Below, piece after piece: positions 25,551-37,452 of a stretch of DNA of 44,274 nucleotides (position 1 is its first letter; each line of letters opens with the position of its first letter). A program made the translations under genes and the position numbers. Location of the stretch: assembly GCF_001194135.2 (NCBI RefSeq), contig NC_068998.1, forward strand, positions 23,730,492-23,774,765. Reading direction: 5' to 3'. Under the pieces are notes generated by a model. It ran no database searches and was not told the origin of the DNA. It saw only the letters and a list, made by a program, of their open reading frames with translations. This DNA is from Octopus bimaculoides. Taxonomy: Eukaryota.

Positions 25551-25700
25551 CTATGTGTGGTAAGAAGCTTGCGTCTTAGCTACATTGCTGCGGGTTCAGT
25601 CCCTCTCCGTTGAAGCTTGTCAAGTATCTTCTACTATAGTTTCGAGCCGATCTTGTAAGTCGATTTGGTAGACAGAATCTTAAAGAAACTTGTCGTATAT
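25551..25700 (+). mobile_element. tRNA-derived CORE-like SINE, family B, followed by a (TG)/(TA) tail to ~25865
   Basis: gtggtaagaagcttg head, B-box-like gggttcagtccc (25592-603), ttgtcaagtatcttctactatag (resembles CORE ttgggcaagt), then gatttggtagacagaa..aaagaa..gtcgtatat and a microsatellite tail. The pattern is recognised from octopus SINEs. Confidence 0.65.
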
Positions 25701-25816
25701 GTGTGTGTATTTGTGTGTATTTACATATATCTGTATACATGTGTGTGTGTGTATTTGTGTGTGTATATATATATTTGCACACAAATACACACACATATAT
25801 ACATATATATACATAC

Positions 25817-25868
<52 letters not shown>

Positions 25869-26129
25869 TTCGGACAAGACAAGGCATTTCCTTCATCAAG
25901 TCCTAGAGTGATACACTATTTTGGCGTGCATCAATAACGTAAGGGAAGTTTTTAGCTTCTTTCATCATGCATTCGTGAGCTGATTTAAAAACCAGCGTTT
26001 TCTATTTGTAAATAGAAAATTTTAATCACACAATAACAGTTAAAATTACAAGCCTTAAACTCAGTTTAATTACTTCTGAGATCTCTTCAATTTCATTTCT
26101 TCTCAGGTTTTCATTGTATATCATATAAA

Positions 26130-26640
26130 ATTTCAATTTAAAATTACAAGATCTGATCGAATTTTAAGTATATTTTTAATTATTTTTTGAAATCTAGAAT
26201 TGCTAAGAGCATATAAAGTAACATGATTGCCTTGACAGTTTTTCTTACTCCCTAATAAAACAGCTTTCGCATAAGAAGTAAACAAGGTATGCGTATAGAC
26301 ATATAGAGGATATTTTCTTAATTCAGCCATTAGTAAAGCCGGATTGCTTTCTAGACATTTCAGGGTTCGTATCCTAAGTTTAAATCTCCTCTTCAATTCT
26401 AGAAGTCATCTTTAAATATAATTTCCATATGCATACTGTCATTCTCTATGACTCAAAATGCTGACATTATGACAATATCCTTCACAAATGTGTTGTCCGT
26501 TAAGCAACTACCCGATTTCGATTACTAATCGAAGCCACATTTCAATGTACCCTTAGGTTCAGGTCTGATTCACATTTGCACACTTATAAACTTCATTTAA
26601 TATGCCTCTTGACTGAAAGAGCTGGAGATATTTTAAAAAC
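26130..26640 (-). mobile_element. Degraded LINE C-terminal fragment (CR1/L2-like, tentative)
   Basis: ORF 26133-26396 contains SNPALLMAELRKYPLYV (cf. the LINE post-RT motif TPN.A..GELGRYPL.I). Upstream FLKYLQL is FKYLG-like. Confidence 0.33.
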
Positions 26641-27331
26641 ATATTTTTGATATTTTTCCCTCCCTAATTTTTTATACAGCACGTTTCACCCCGATTGAAA
26701 CTTACAACTAAAAGCTTCAATTAATATACTAGATCAAGTAAAGCGAGTTCGTTGAATACAATCCAGCCAGCCTTGAAGAGTATACGCAAACTTACTTAAA
26801 CAAAACAATGATTGTATTTAAAACAGTTTTGAAGTGTTATTACCAACTCAATTTTTAGGAAACTTCAAAGTAGTAAATTTCAAATACGTGCAAGATAGAC
26901 TTTCTGTGCCTTCGAAACAATAAACATGATTCAAATACTGATTTTGACAATCTCGACTATTAACTTTGTTTATAGCTTGTAGAGCAGAGTAAACATGAAA
27001 AATCTTTAAACACTACAAAACAAGAAGCTTCATCGTCATCAACTCACCTATCAATATAAGCACCAAAATGCCCAAAACTTTCATTTGAGCTCCACGTATA
27101 TTTTTGTTTCGTTAACATCTTACGATCGGAAAACATATAGTTTACAAATTAAATAACGCGATCCTAGAAACTCGAACTAAAGAGGACGGCCACAACTGTT
27201 CCTTTGGGCTTGACTTTGGAGTCAACTTCATTGAAAACAAAAATTCAAGTGTTATAGATATGTTGAAATATTAAACTGAATCTATCTCCATGAATGTTTA
27301 TAATTTCTCATTGCTATTATCTCTCACCTTA

Positions 27332-27366
<35 letters not shown>

Positions 27367-27639
27367 TATCTCTCTCTCTCTCTCTCTCTATCGCTCTCTC
27401 TCTCTTTCTCTCTCACTCTCATCCTACCTCACTCTTTCTTTCTACCATGCATGATAGGTAACCATGTTATCCACAATCTCCCATCAGTTATTAATAAAAT
27501 TCTTATTCAATACTTCTCTTTACGACTAAAAATTTAACTTTGAACTTATAAGATGATTTCTGCCCAACAAAACACACACACACACACCCACACACACACA
27601 CACACACGCACACACATTTCAGCATATATAAATATGTAT

Positions 27640-28215
27640 TTGAATAAAGATTTGTGCAATTATTCGATGAAACCGCATTCTTCGTCGATGACTACTTTAA
27701 TGCGGGACGGAAGCTGCCGGCATGCTGACACTATATAGTCTATCTTCATTTCGGACATCACCTGGAAGCTATGCTATTATGACGATTAGTCTCCCTTCCA
27801 ACAGCGCTTCACACGTAGTAGTCCATGGTCTCCAAATCTGGCGACTTTGGAGGCCACATATTGGCTATTACATAATCGTAAAGATTGTCTGGCAACCAAT
27901 ATGGGTGATTTGGGCTTTGTGAGTTGCTGAGTCTTGTTGAAGCATGTATGGCCTTTCATTGCATACTTTATCAATCCATGACTTGATAACAATTTCTAGT
28001 ACCTTAATGTGTCCAATAACATTAATTCTAGGACCCTGTGGAAAAGAGTGGGGAGCCATCACAAGATTTTCGCTACTCACCACTCCTGAAACCATCACAG
28101 TTGCTGGAAATTTCATGCTTATCAGAAGAATCTGCACGTAACCACCCGTCATTTCTTCTGTTAAACTTTAGATCTTGGTCAAAATATTGACCAGGATGAA
28201 TAAAAGCGAAACGCT
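27640..28215 (-). mobile_element. Tc1/mariner transposase 3' half, DD37D (maT)-like, inactive
   Basis: YFDQDLKFNRRNDGWL, KFPATVMVSGVVSSE..PHSFPQGPRIN..IKVLEIVIKSWIDKVCNERPYMLQQDSA, WPPKSPDLETMDYYV*, ending GFIE*. The third catalytic residue is D, with 107 nt between the second and third D codons (111 expected for 37 residues). Truncated at the 5' side by (TG)n. Confidence 0.9.
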
Positions 28216-28616
28216 GAATGTGTGTGTGTGTGTGTTTGTATATATATATAATACGTTTCAGAAGATACTAGAATAATGGAACAAAAGTTAGTCTTAATAA
28301 GAGATTTCCCATAAATCTATTTCTTTAATATTTAACTTCTATTTCTGGCCAAAATAGGTTGAGAGGCTTTGATATAGGCAAAAATCTGAAGGAGATTAGA
28401 ATAGAATGCCCTGTTGAGCTCCTGCTGAAATTTTTCTCTTAGGCTTAGCAAGACTTATCAGGAGGGTTCTAAGCACTTAAAAACTACTGAAAAACTTATG
28501 GACACCACAGCTTAAAGGTAGTAACCCGCTACTTATATAAATCGTACCAGTAATAAGACCGAACATGAGTCAAACCAAAAATAACAATAAAAACAACAAC
28601 AACAACAATAATAATG

Positions 28617-28651
<35 letters not shown>

Positions 28652-28653
<2 letters not shown>

Positions 28654-28823
28654 AAACACCAGCATTTACGAACATAGCACTACTAGGCACCTTGCATATC
28701 CTACTCAAAGTACTTACAATCCAGTGAAAATAATAATAACAAAACAAACCACTGCACATGCCGAAAGCATACAGAGCTGCGGCCGATAGTGCACTGAAAG
28801 CACCTGATATAAAAAGTCCACTG
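28652..28823 (+). mobile_element. R4/Dong LINE 3'-end fragment flanked by (AAT)n on both sides
   Basis: gaaaacaccagc..agcactactaggcac..catatcctac..aaaccactgcacatgccgaaagcatacagagctgcg..gatagtgcactgaaagcacc aligns with 41184-41352 of the large Dong element. Confidence 0.8.
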
Positions 28824-29549
28824 AATAATAATAATAACAGTAACAATAACACATTTCTTTCAAATTTTGGCACAAAGCCCTCAAATTTAGGGTAAGATGG
28901 TAGTGCATTACTCTGACTGCAATACTTCGCTAGTACTACAAATTTTAAACTGTGATATTTGCTTTAAAGAAAGATAGGAAATACGTATTAACAACGTATT
29001 GAGTATTAACGGATACAAATATATTTAGAGAGTCTTCCTCCATCTTGTAACTATCGATATGCAAGAACAAATATATTAAAATGCTGTTTCATCATTTTGC
29101 TTTGATTATTATTACTCAACATGAAACACTGTGGGAGAAATAATTTGGGAATATTTTCAATAACTTCTTAAGTGTCGACTACCTATGTATAGTGAACAGA
29201 TAAAGAAAAGTTTAATCGATTTCGCGACATGCTAGCACTATGTTTTCTTTCCAGGTGGAATGAAGGGAAAAGACAAGCCCACAGGGGAGGTTTGAACTCA
29301 AAAGCTAGTGAATCGAAATTAAAATATCCTACGGCATTTAGTACAGGATTCTTCCATATCCTACATTCTAACATCTCACTGTTTGAAAATAATTAATTTC
29401 CTTTCGCATCTTTTCCTTACCACTTTTATCTTTACCTCATACTTCTCTTCCAGTAACAAACATCTCCTTATCTGACACTAGAAAATATTCATCTTATACT
29501 GATTCAGATGGCCACTAAGTTTAGTAGTAAAGGAATTTTAGCAAGAAGT

Positions 29550-29744
29550 CTTCATCATCATCATCATCATCACCATCATCGATACCATCATCATCCTCAA
29601 CATCATCAGTATAATCATCATCCCTTTCATCAAAATAGCGTTAAACCGGTTTTCACCCGCATTGAATGCTTTCATCTACTTCTTTATCTTCGTACAGATC
29701 GCGATCAACTTCGACATAATAGATGTTCGTGGTTTTGTTGTGGC

Positions 29745-29792
<48 letters not shown>

Positions 29793-29891
29793 TATCATCG
29801 TCTATGCTGTCACCGTCATCGTCTTCATCATAATCATCATCATAATCATCATCATTTATTAATATTGTTGTTGTTGTTATTATCATTATTA

Positions 29892-29934
<43 letters not shown>

Positions 29935-29960
29935 CATTATTATTATTATTATTATTATTA
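29550..29960. repeat. (CAT)n and (TTA)n arrays; the TTA part is the tail of the adjacent Dong fragment
   Basis: Directly visible; source of the poly-His/poly-Leu/poly-Asp ORFs. Confidence 0.93.
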
Positions 29961-30795
29961 TCCTTTTCATAAGCAACTTCTTTCAATTCTGTTTCCATTT
30001 CTTGCCGAGTGTCTTCCTGGCACCTAGGGCAGAGAAACGTACTGTATACATTGGTAGGTCATAAAAACAAATACACCAGATTGTCCATTTACAGAGTCAT
30101 GTAATAGAGAATAAGGGGGAGACAGAAAGAAAAAGAAAAAAAGAGAAAATAGGAAGTAAACGAATAAAATAAAGGGCGTAAAAGGAGAGAAAATTTACAG
30201 CGACAATGCTCTTCTCAATACGAGTGACGTTCCAGTTAAGGCAATCTTTTTGTACTTCTTGCATGAAAGGTAAACCAGGGATCATTCTTAAAAAAATTTC
30301 AGTTTCTTTTTTGATCATTCCAAGTGCTCCTACAATCCCTGGTATTGTAACCGTCTTGTGATGCCACATCTTTTCGATTTCAATGAGCATATCTTTATAG
30401 TTTCTGAGCTTATCGAATTATTTTGCCGATATATTATGGTCACAGGGTATGCTCATGTCAATCAATAAACAGACTTTATTGCTTTTGTCTTTCACAACAA
30501 TATTCGATTTGTTTGCCTTGATGGTCCGGTCTGTACATACTGGGAAATCCCAAAGAATAGTTATATGTTCTCCCTCAGTTACAGGCTCAGGGTGGTTTTT
30601 ATACCATTTCTCGGTGTTTCTATCCCATCGTTACAGTATCAGCATATTGGATTCATAGTTCCAGATCAATGAGCTCATACATTGACCAGCCAAGATAAAG
30701 CCTTCACACTCTACCTTTAGCCATGAGCTCCGTAGCCACTGATGGGTGTTCTTCTGGTCTACATCAGCATGTTTGCTATGGGACACATATTTGCC

Positions 30796-30797
<2 letters not shown>
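29961..30797 (-). mobile_element. R4/Dong LINE 3' fragment (second subfamily), flanked by (AAT)n on its sense strand
   Basis: LKVECEGFILAGQ, KWYKNHPEPVTEGEHITILWDFPVCTDRTIKANKSNIVVKDKSNKVCLLIDMSIPCD, IEIEKMWHHKTVTIPGIVGALGMIKK are RLE-domain motifs. The 3' UTR differs from that of the 37-41 kb element. Confidence 0.88.
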
Positions 30798-30848
<51 letters not shown>

Positions 30849-30850
<2 letters not shown>

Positions 30851-30982
30851 TGAGATCAAATTCCGTCGAGGTCGACTTTGTCATTCATCCCTTTGAGGTC
30901 AATAAGTCAAGTACCAGTTGCGTACTGAGTCGATATAATTTACTGGCTCTCTCCCACCAAATTATAGGTCTTTAGAAAGGAT
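30849..30982 (+). mobile_element. SINE family A fragment between TTA/ATT arrays
   Basis: gagatcaaattccgtcgaggtcgactttgtcattcatccctttgaggtcaataagtcaagtaccagttgcgtactgagtcgat. Confidence 0.8.
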
Positions 30983-31003
30983 TATTATTATTATTATTAT
31001 TAT

Positions 31004-31057
<54 letters not shown>

Positions 31058-31060
<3 letters not shown>

Positions 31061-31456
31061 CAAATATAGGAAGCCCAATATACCCATCATGATCACCCGT
31101 CTGATAAGGGTACATCACACGTGCATCACGACCATATATGCATGACGTGGTGATTTTATATCACGATAAACTCCTTCAGACTGAGTAACCCATCGCACTC
31201 AAAAGATCCCTGAATAAGGTTTGTTTAGGAATGATAAATGAAACACCCATGATTCCAGAGGTGAATTATTCAAACCTCAAAGAATTATTCTCAACACATG
31301 GCTACGATGCTCCCCCAATACTCCTGCTTGTTAAACACTAAGCGACATACTCAAGTGGATAAGGTCAAGCAACTGACTAGCAAATTTACGCTACTCAGCA
31401 GAATATTTCCTATTTCCATCTTTTACTCCAAGACAAAAAAAAAACATGTACATAAT
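31058..31456 (-). mobile_element. Unclassified non-coding interspersed repeat, copy 2
   Basis: Reverse complement of 41470-41905 (shared gaagccc..tacccatcatga..gtctgataagggtaca, ctcaaaagatccctgaataaggtttgttta, ttctcaacacatggcta, aaggtcaagcaactgac..gcaaat). Its tail side is (ACT)n(AAT)n at 30983-31058. Confidence 0.8.
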
Positions 31457-31459
31457 AAC

Positions 31460-31642
31460 GGACGATATTTCGCCCGTCACTACGTTCTGAGCTCAAATTC
31501 CACCGAGGTTGACTTTGCCATTCATCATTTCGGGGTCAATAAAATAAGTGTAGTTTGAAGACTGGGGTCGTGGTGATCGACTCATCCTCTCCCCATAATT
31601 GCTGCCCAAATTTGCTCCTCAAACAAGTATTATTATTATTAT
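31460..31642 (+). mobile_element. SINE family A copy with (ATT)n tail
   Basis: tacgttctgagctcaaattccaccgaggttgactttgccattcatcatttcggggtcaataaaataagt..actggggtcg..gatcgactcatcc..attattattattatt. Confidence 0.8.
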
Positions 31643-32324
31643 TAATGCTTTATGAAATCTCATCTCGTTTCAATGCATGAGGGTAGTTGAAATTCATCCA
31701 CATTTGACTATTCTTTAGCATTTCGGGCTCTATGAAATAACTAAGAGTTGAGCACTAAGTTTGATGGAGGCGACTAATCCTTTCCTTCTGTAAAATTTCT
31801 TCTCCTTTGCTATGATTTGGAACCTATATCACTGTTATTATTGCCGTTGTTGCTATAGTTGTTTGATGTTGTTGTTGTTGATTTTGTTATTTTAGTGCTA
31901 TGACATGGAAATTTATTTAGCAGTTATTATGTTTTGAAGTTTAGTGAAAACAACTCTTTTCATATGTCATGTATGATTGTTGCAGAAAACAGAATGGTCC
32001 TATTCGGCAGGTCAACAAATTGTAATTTCATTAAACCATATCATGTTATTATTGGCTATCAGCCGGGGAAGCAGTGTTTGACCTCAGCTCTGTAATGTGT
32101 TTACGAAAATCGTTAGATTCCTCCGGAAAATAGCGGTGTTTTCCTGTCATTTTCAACGAGACTAGAGAATAATTGATCCTTCTTCTGCTAGTGACTTCAT
32201 TTTTGTTAAAAGCCCCCCTATTTCTTGAGGGACTTAGCGAATTCATCCAATTTTTACTCCTCGTCGAAAAATTTTCAATTTTTGTTCAATGGCAGCAGCA
32301 AATAGTTTCGATTTAGTTTCAGAC

Positions 32325-33950
32325 TTCGGCTACGCAGACCACAAGTTTGTGATCTGCAGCGTCGAATTAGATTAAACGTGTAAACAAGGACCCGGTTAAT
32401 GGAAGTTAAATGCGTGAACTAGGATGAACTAGTCAGGAAATTAGAAAAGGTGATTAGAAAGTGCATCGCGACCGATGTGTTAGCAGCAAGAATGGTCCTT
32501 GACCATTTCTTCAAAGTCACACACGACGGATGCATTGTCAGAACTAAGGCCCGTGTTCTTTAGTTCGTACCTGAACGGCCTGCCGTGGATCTAGATAGCT
32601 GATGTGAGATTATGTGAAAAGCCGATAATATCCACTGAAATTCAGGTGGCATGAACGATTGCACAAGTCGCAAATCGCCCGGTTTGGATGCTCTACCCTA
32701 CGAATTCTATGTATCCAAGCCAGATTTCTTTGACGACCTCTGGGCAGACGTCTACCGCAACTGACAACAGAACTGGATATTTCCTGATACTGTTACCCGA
32801 AGTGTGGTTACACTGTTGAGTAAGGACACCGATAATGAGGATATAGAAGGGAATGTTCGGCCCATAATAGTGGAAAACACACAGTTTAAGATTTTAGCCA
32901 AAGTGTTAGCAAAAATGTTGGCACTTGTCAGTAGTTTCGTTGGAGAAGCGCAAACCTGCGCAATCACCAGCAGGTCTATCCACGACAAACTCCACCTCAT
33001 GCGATAGATCATGCAGAGGATTGGAGCCAAAAGTGTCTTCACTTGTGCTCTAGTGAATTTAAATCAATCGAAAGCATTCGATAGGATTGACATTCTGAGC
33101 GGTGGATTAGGTATGACGTGACTTCTAATGTGCAGACATGCACCTAGGTTACACCACCTGCATCGATTTCAGGACGGTGAACGTGTGTGGACTCCGTTTA
33201 TGAGGCTTGTCATTGTGCAACTCGTCTCCCTGACGGAGCTGTAGTCCAGGGTGAAGAAAAGACTGAGAATGGGCGCCTGGCACCTAGAATGTCATCAGGC
33301 GCCCACAGCCCTCTACAAGTCGGACAATGGGATATGTGGACGTTCTATTTTAAAATTTATGGAGGACTAGTGGCGGGCAAGTACAACGACGTTTTCGGGG
33401 ACACTCTACGCGTTGACAAAAACGAACTGGAGAACTTTTCGGTCGGAACTGATCAAGGATAATTTCTAGATTTCCTTGGCCTGGCAGTGCTACCAGGCTG
33501 GAGGCCGCTACCAGTTCGTGATAAGCTCTGCAGGCATGGATGTGCTGTGAGACGGGCTTGTCTGAGTTGCACGCAGAGTGATGAAACCGTTCTGCACGCC
33601 TTCGGTCAGTATCCGGGCATTGCTTGCTTGTGGAGTTATGTCGAACAGCTGTAGTCATGTGCAGGACGGATCCGTCTATCGATCGAGCTTATAGTCATGA
33701 CTGCCACGCCGCCCTTCCAAGTCTGGCAGGAAGGAAGTTAACCTTTAACTGGTGGCAGTGGTGAAAGAGGTTTGGTGGACAAAGCTGAAAGGCATGAGGA
33801 CAAATACATTACTCATTGGCAGAGCTCTCATTGACTTCTTCAAGTTTCACTTGAAAAGGAAAATGAGAGTGGAGAAGGAATTACTGTCCTTGAGTCAGTG
33901 TATTGAAAGGCGGGTGAAAGTTTCGAAAATGGCAGCACTATTTTTTAAGT
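32325..33950 (+). mobile_element. L1-clade (Tx1-like) LINE ORF2 remnant with large internal deletions
   Basis: GYADHKFVIC..QGPG*WKLNA (APE end), KSPGLDALPYEFY (~32672), VTLLSK..NVRPI..FKILAKVLAK..VGEAQTCAI..RSIHD (32800-33000), NLNQSKAFDRID (~33070), C-terminal CLSCTQSDETVLHAF (~33570), KEVWW..FFKFHLKRKMRVE. Confidence 0.85.
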
Positions 33951-34294
33951 TTCTTCCATTTTGGGATTTCGTGTTATCGGAGACAGGTAGCAATCAGAGT
34001 CCTTTGTTATCATTCCTAGTTTGTATATGCCAAAAGGCATTGTTTAGTCTTGAGATTCCACATTTTGCACATTTCTATTTTAAGATCTTTACATTGATCA
34101 GTTTTTGATAGCTCTTGACAGATACGTTTATGTCGATTGGGACAGTCATATCAATGGGGCGACAAGTTTTCCCTGACATCTTTCAACATAATGTCTGACC
34201 TATACGCATCTATCGTTCTGTCAGGTTGAACTGTGAGGTTCTGCAGTAGAGAGATACGATCATTTTCAGCCACTGGAGGTGGTTTGTATTCCCA

Positions 34295-34965
34295 CTATTT
34301 TTAATGCGTGCTTTCCTTGCACTATCATGCGCAGCTCTGTGTTCATTGGGTATGTGCAGGGGCTTGTTGTGGTGCTCTTGTTTTCACAGTATTGAAAGAG
34401 TTTTGCGTAGGGTGTTCGCAGTGCCTAGTAGTGCTATTTTCTGTATATTATATACATTTGTAAGCCCCGGTGTTTTGGTTAAGTATCTGTCTGAATGTTT
34501 CTAATCATATTTAATGTACCTATTATTATAGGGAGTGTTTCTGTTTTCAGGCTCCACATTCGAATTACCTCTATTTCCAGACTTTTTTCTTATTTCGAGA
34601 GTTTATCCTTTTCATTTAGATATACGTGATCATCTATACCTATTGATACATCGATTAGAAAACATTTTTCTTGATGATTCGGACAAATAGATACGGTATA
34701 TTAACCTTGACTTTTCTATTTCTATGTATTGGCATATCACTGGGTCTGGTTGCTTTATCGTGTACTTATGTCATCATTTTTCCGTTGTCATTTCATGGTG
34801 TTAGCATAGCTTGCGGTGTATATAGGTCCCAATTCTGTCATATCTATCGATATACTCCTTTTTAGCCAGGAGTGGGCAGCTAGGGACAATGTGATATATT
34901 GCTTCCTCCCCATCACCCCATATTTTGCAATTACTTGTATTTCTCTTCATTATTATGCGTCCATA
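34295..34965 (-). mobile_element. R4/Dong LINE 3' fragment (older copy of the 37-41 kb family)
   Basis: The reverse complement aligns with 40715-41360: ctggctaaaaaggagtatat..gacagaattgggacctatatacac, gatatgccaatacat, tctaatcgatgtatc, ctggaaatagaggtaattcgaatgtggagcctgaaaacagaaaca, cacatacccaa..acacagagctgcgc..gaaagcacg. Not flagged in the ORF track. Confidence 0.85.
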
Positions 34966-37142
34966 TATATTCTGAAATGAATAGTCACATGCAACATGAA
35001 TTATTTTTCTAGGTTTCAGTCAAATTTCAGTCAAACAGATAATTGGAAATACAGTAAAGGGGGCCATGATTTTTCATATGAAATGCCCAAGGATATCAGT
35101 AAATACATAGATCAGAGAATCGGTTACTATGCGGAACCTGCCTGTTTTGCGAATTCTATTTTGTCTTTTACTTTTGATGTCCAGGTTTAGTTGAGGTTCA
35201 CTATGATTTTCATTACTGTGGGATCTATAAGATAATTAAATACTGCAGTTTCTTTAATATTATATCCCTCTCTTTCCCTGAAGATATGCAACATTGGGGT
35301 TATATTAAAAAAATGCAAAATGTCATCTATGTTGGAGGGGAATATATCGTAGCAAACAGAGTTCATTAGTTACACATTTTCTTTCATTTTAGGTCTTGAG
35401 TTCAAGTATTGCTAGAGGTATCGTTACTTTTATTTTTCCCCAGTGAATCCATTATGTAATTTTGGCGTATTCAATTGGCTGTACACTCCGTAGCTTTTTT
35501 TGGCCTTTCTCCTCTTAAAATCCAACTAATAATTAGAAGCCTCATAAAATCGTTATTAATTTATCTGCCTTTCTTGTTTTTTTTCTTTTTTTTTTATAAT
35601 CATCAAACGTGATACTTGTAAACTAATTATGCATGTTTATAGTTTCAATACCTGTGGATGGAATATTTTGAATCTAATTACATTTGTAAACATGTTGATT
35701 CAATACCTATCAGATTTATTCAGCTGTATCTAGGGACAAGTTTTTTTGCCAATCTGAATCATAAAGTGTTTTCTTAAAATTATGATGTTTCAATAGGATA
35801 GAAATGAATCAGGTATGCTGTATAGATAGATAGCTGTAAAACTAAATGCTAAGCAAAATTTATATTGAATTCCATTTGCCCATTACGCTAGAATAGTTAA
35901 TTTTATGAGAAACCAGTATCGTCAATACAATGAAATTATTGATTACAGTAAAACAGCAATTTTATTGCGCCGTTAATAAACTCTTAAATTCAAGGTTTTA
36001 ATTGTCTTCCACACATTTCTACGATTGGAATACGATGCAGTAAAACAGAAAAACGATTTTTAAAGAAAATAAAAGTTATATGGTAAGACGTTTCTCAATG
36101 GGTAGGCATCACGGAAAGAAAAGGCATTGATTATTTATTACGTATGTTAGTTATATTATTTGTACAAATCATCTTCATACATTATATTTATAACACAGAA
36201 CAAGCAGTTAAGCATTTATGCATCAAATGATTTTCTCAAACAAATATTTTATTTCATGTTATATTTTTCATCCTTTTACTGCAAACATTTTCCACAATTT
36301 TTAAACTAATTTTAATTTAATATTGCTCTAATAACTATGTTGTAGATGTATACAAAATTGCAAATAAATTATACCTGATTTAAGAAAACAAAATTCAATT
36401 CACATGCAATTTATTATATGTAACGAAACTATAATACATGCTATATTATTGGATATCCAGTCTTACACTTTCGACATCAAGAAATAACTCAAAAACCTTT
36501 ACAAATTTACAAACATGTAAAATATGTCACTATACATCTGTGCCTCTTTTCTGAAGTCTTCATTGCCATTCTGATAACAAGTAGTACCTTGGATCGGAGC
36601 CGTTTGTTATATCTCTGAGTAAACCAAATGATTGCAATGGGATTACACGGGTGGAATTAATGTGAAAGCTTATCAGATAGATTGTATCGATAAATCAAAT
36701 GACTTAGCTTGGTTCAATTTGAATCGGTTTGGTACAACTTGGAGTTTACATTCAGGGTGTAAGTTGGTGCATGTTGATGCAGAACATGCGGCCATTCATA
36801 TGCTAGTTCAATGATTAAGTAGACTACTAAGTCGAAAAACTAAATGCTCATACAATGTTCGTGATTGAGCCAAGCATGTATTTGTATGTGCGCGCGTAGC
36901 GGCGACTGTATGTTTCTATGCCCCTTGTCCGTATATGTGTGGTTTGCTAATGAGTGTAAAGATCGATAAAGCATGCCCACCCAGCCAGTGGAAATAGCTT
37001 CCCATAAATGTATTTAGAAACCTTCACATTGGTGTCTCGGTGGCAATGGTTGTCCCATAACCAGACTGTCGGGTTGCATATCACATGGAAAGTTTAGCCA
37101 AGTTACAAAAGTACAAGACTATCGAACATATGGCGAGATGAA

Positions 37143-37147
<5 letters not shown>

Positions 37148-37214
<67 letters not shown>

Positions 37215-37216
37215 GT

Positions 37217-37259
<43 letters not shown>

Positions 37260-37275
37260 AATAATAATAATAATA
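37148..37275. repeat. (AAT)n-(GAT)n-(AAT)n array; 5' flank/target of the Dong element
   Basis: Directly visible. Confidence 0.95.
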
Positions 37276-37452
37276 ACAGACTACACCGGGGAAGTTTAAC
37301 GACAGACTACACCGGGGAAGTTTAATACAGACTACACCGGGGAAGTTTAACGACAGACTATACCGGGGAAGTTTAACACAGACTACACCGGGGAAGTTTA
37401 ACACAGACTACACCGGGGAAGTTTAACACAGACTACACCGGGGAAGTTTAAC
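37276..37452 (+). repeat. Tandem array of 7 x 25-26 bp units (ACAGACTACACCGGGGAAGTTTAAC[G])
   Basis: Units start at 37276, 37302, 37327, 37353, 37378, 37403 and 37428; head-to-tail with no spacers. Confidence 0.97.

Noticed and set aside
29508-29976. 154-aa His/Leu-rich ORF and the opposite-strand Asp-rich ORF
   Set aside because: These are translations of (CAT)n and (TTA)n microsatellites; the short unique parts have no recognisable domain.
36632-36814. 60-aa ORF MQWDYTGG...
   Set aside because: TTG start, short, no recognisable domain or splice context.
37030-37147. HNQTVGLHITWKV resembling the Dong RHD..YIHWK motif
   Set aside because: Too short and degenerate to distinguish from chance.
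37276-37452. 25-bp repeats as a CRISPR array
   Set aside because: Units are head-to-tail with no unique spacers, there are no cas genes, and the context is eukaryotic.
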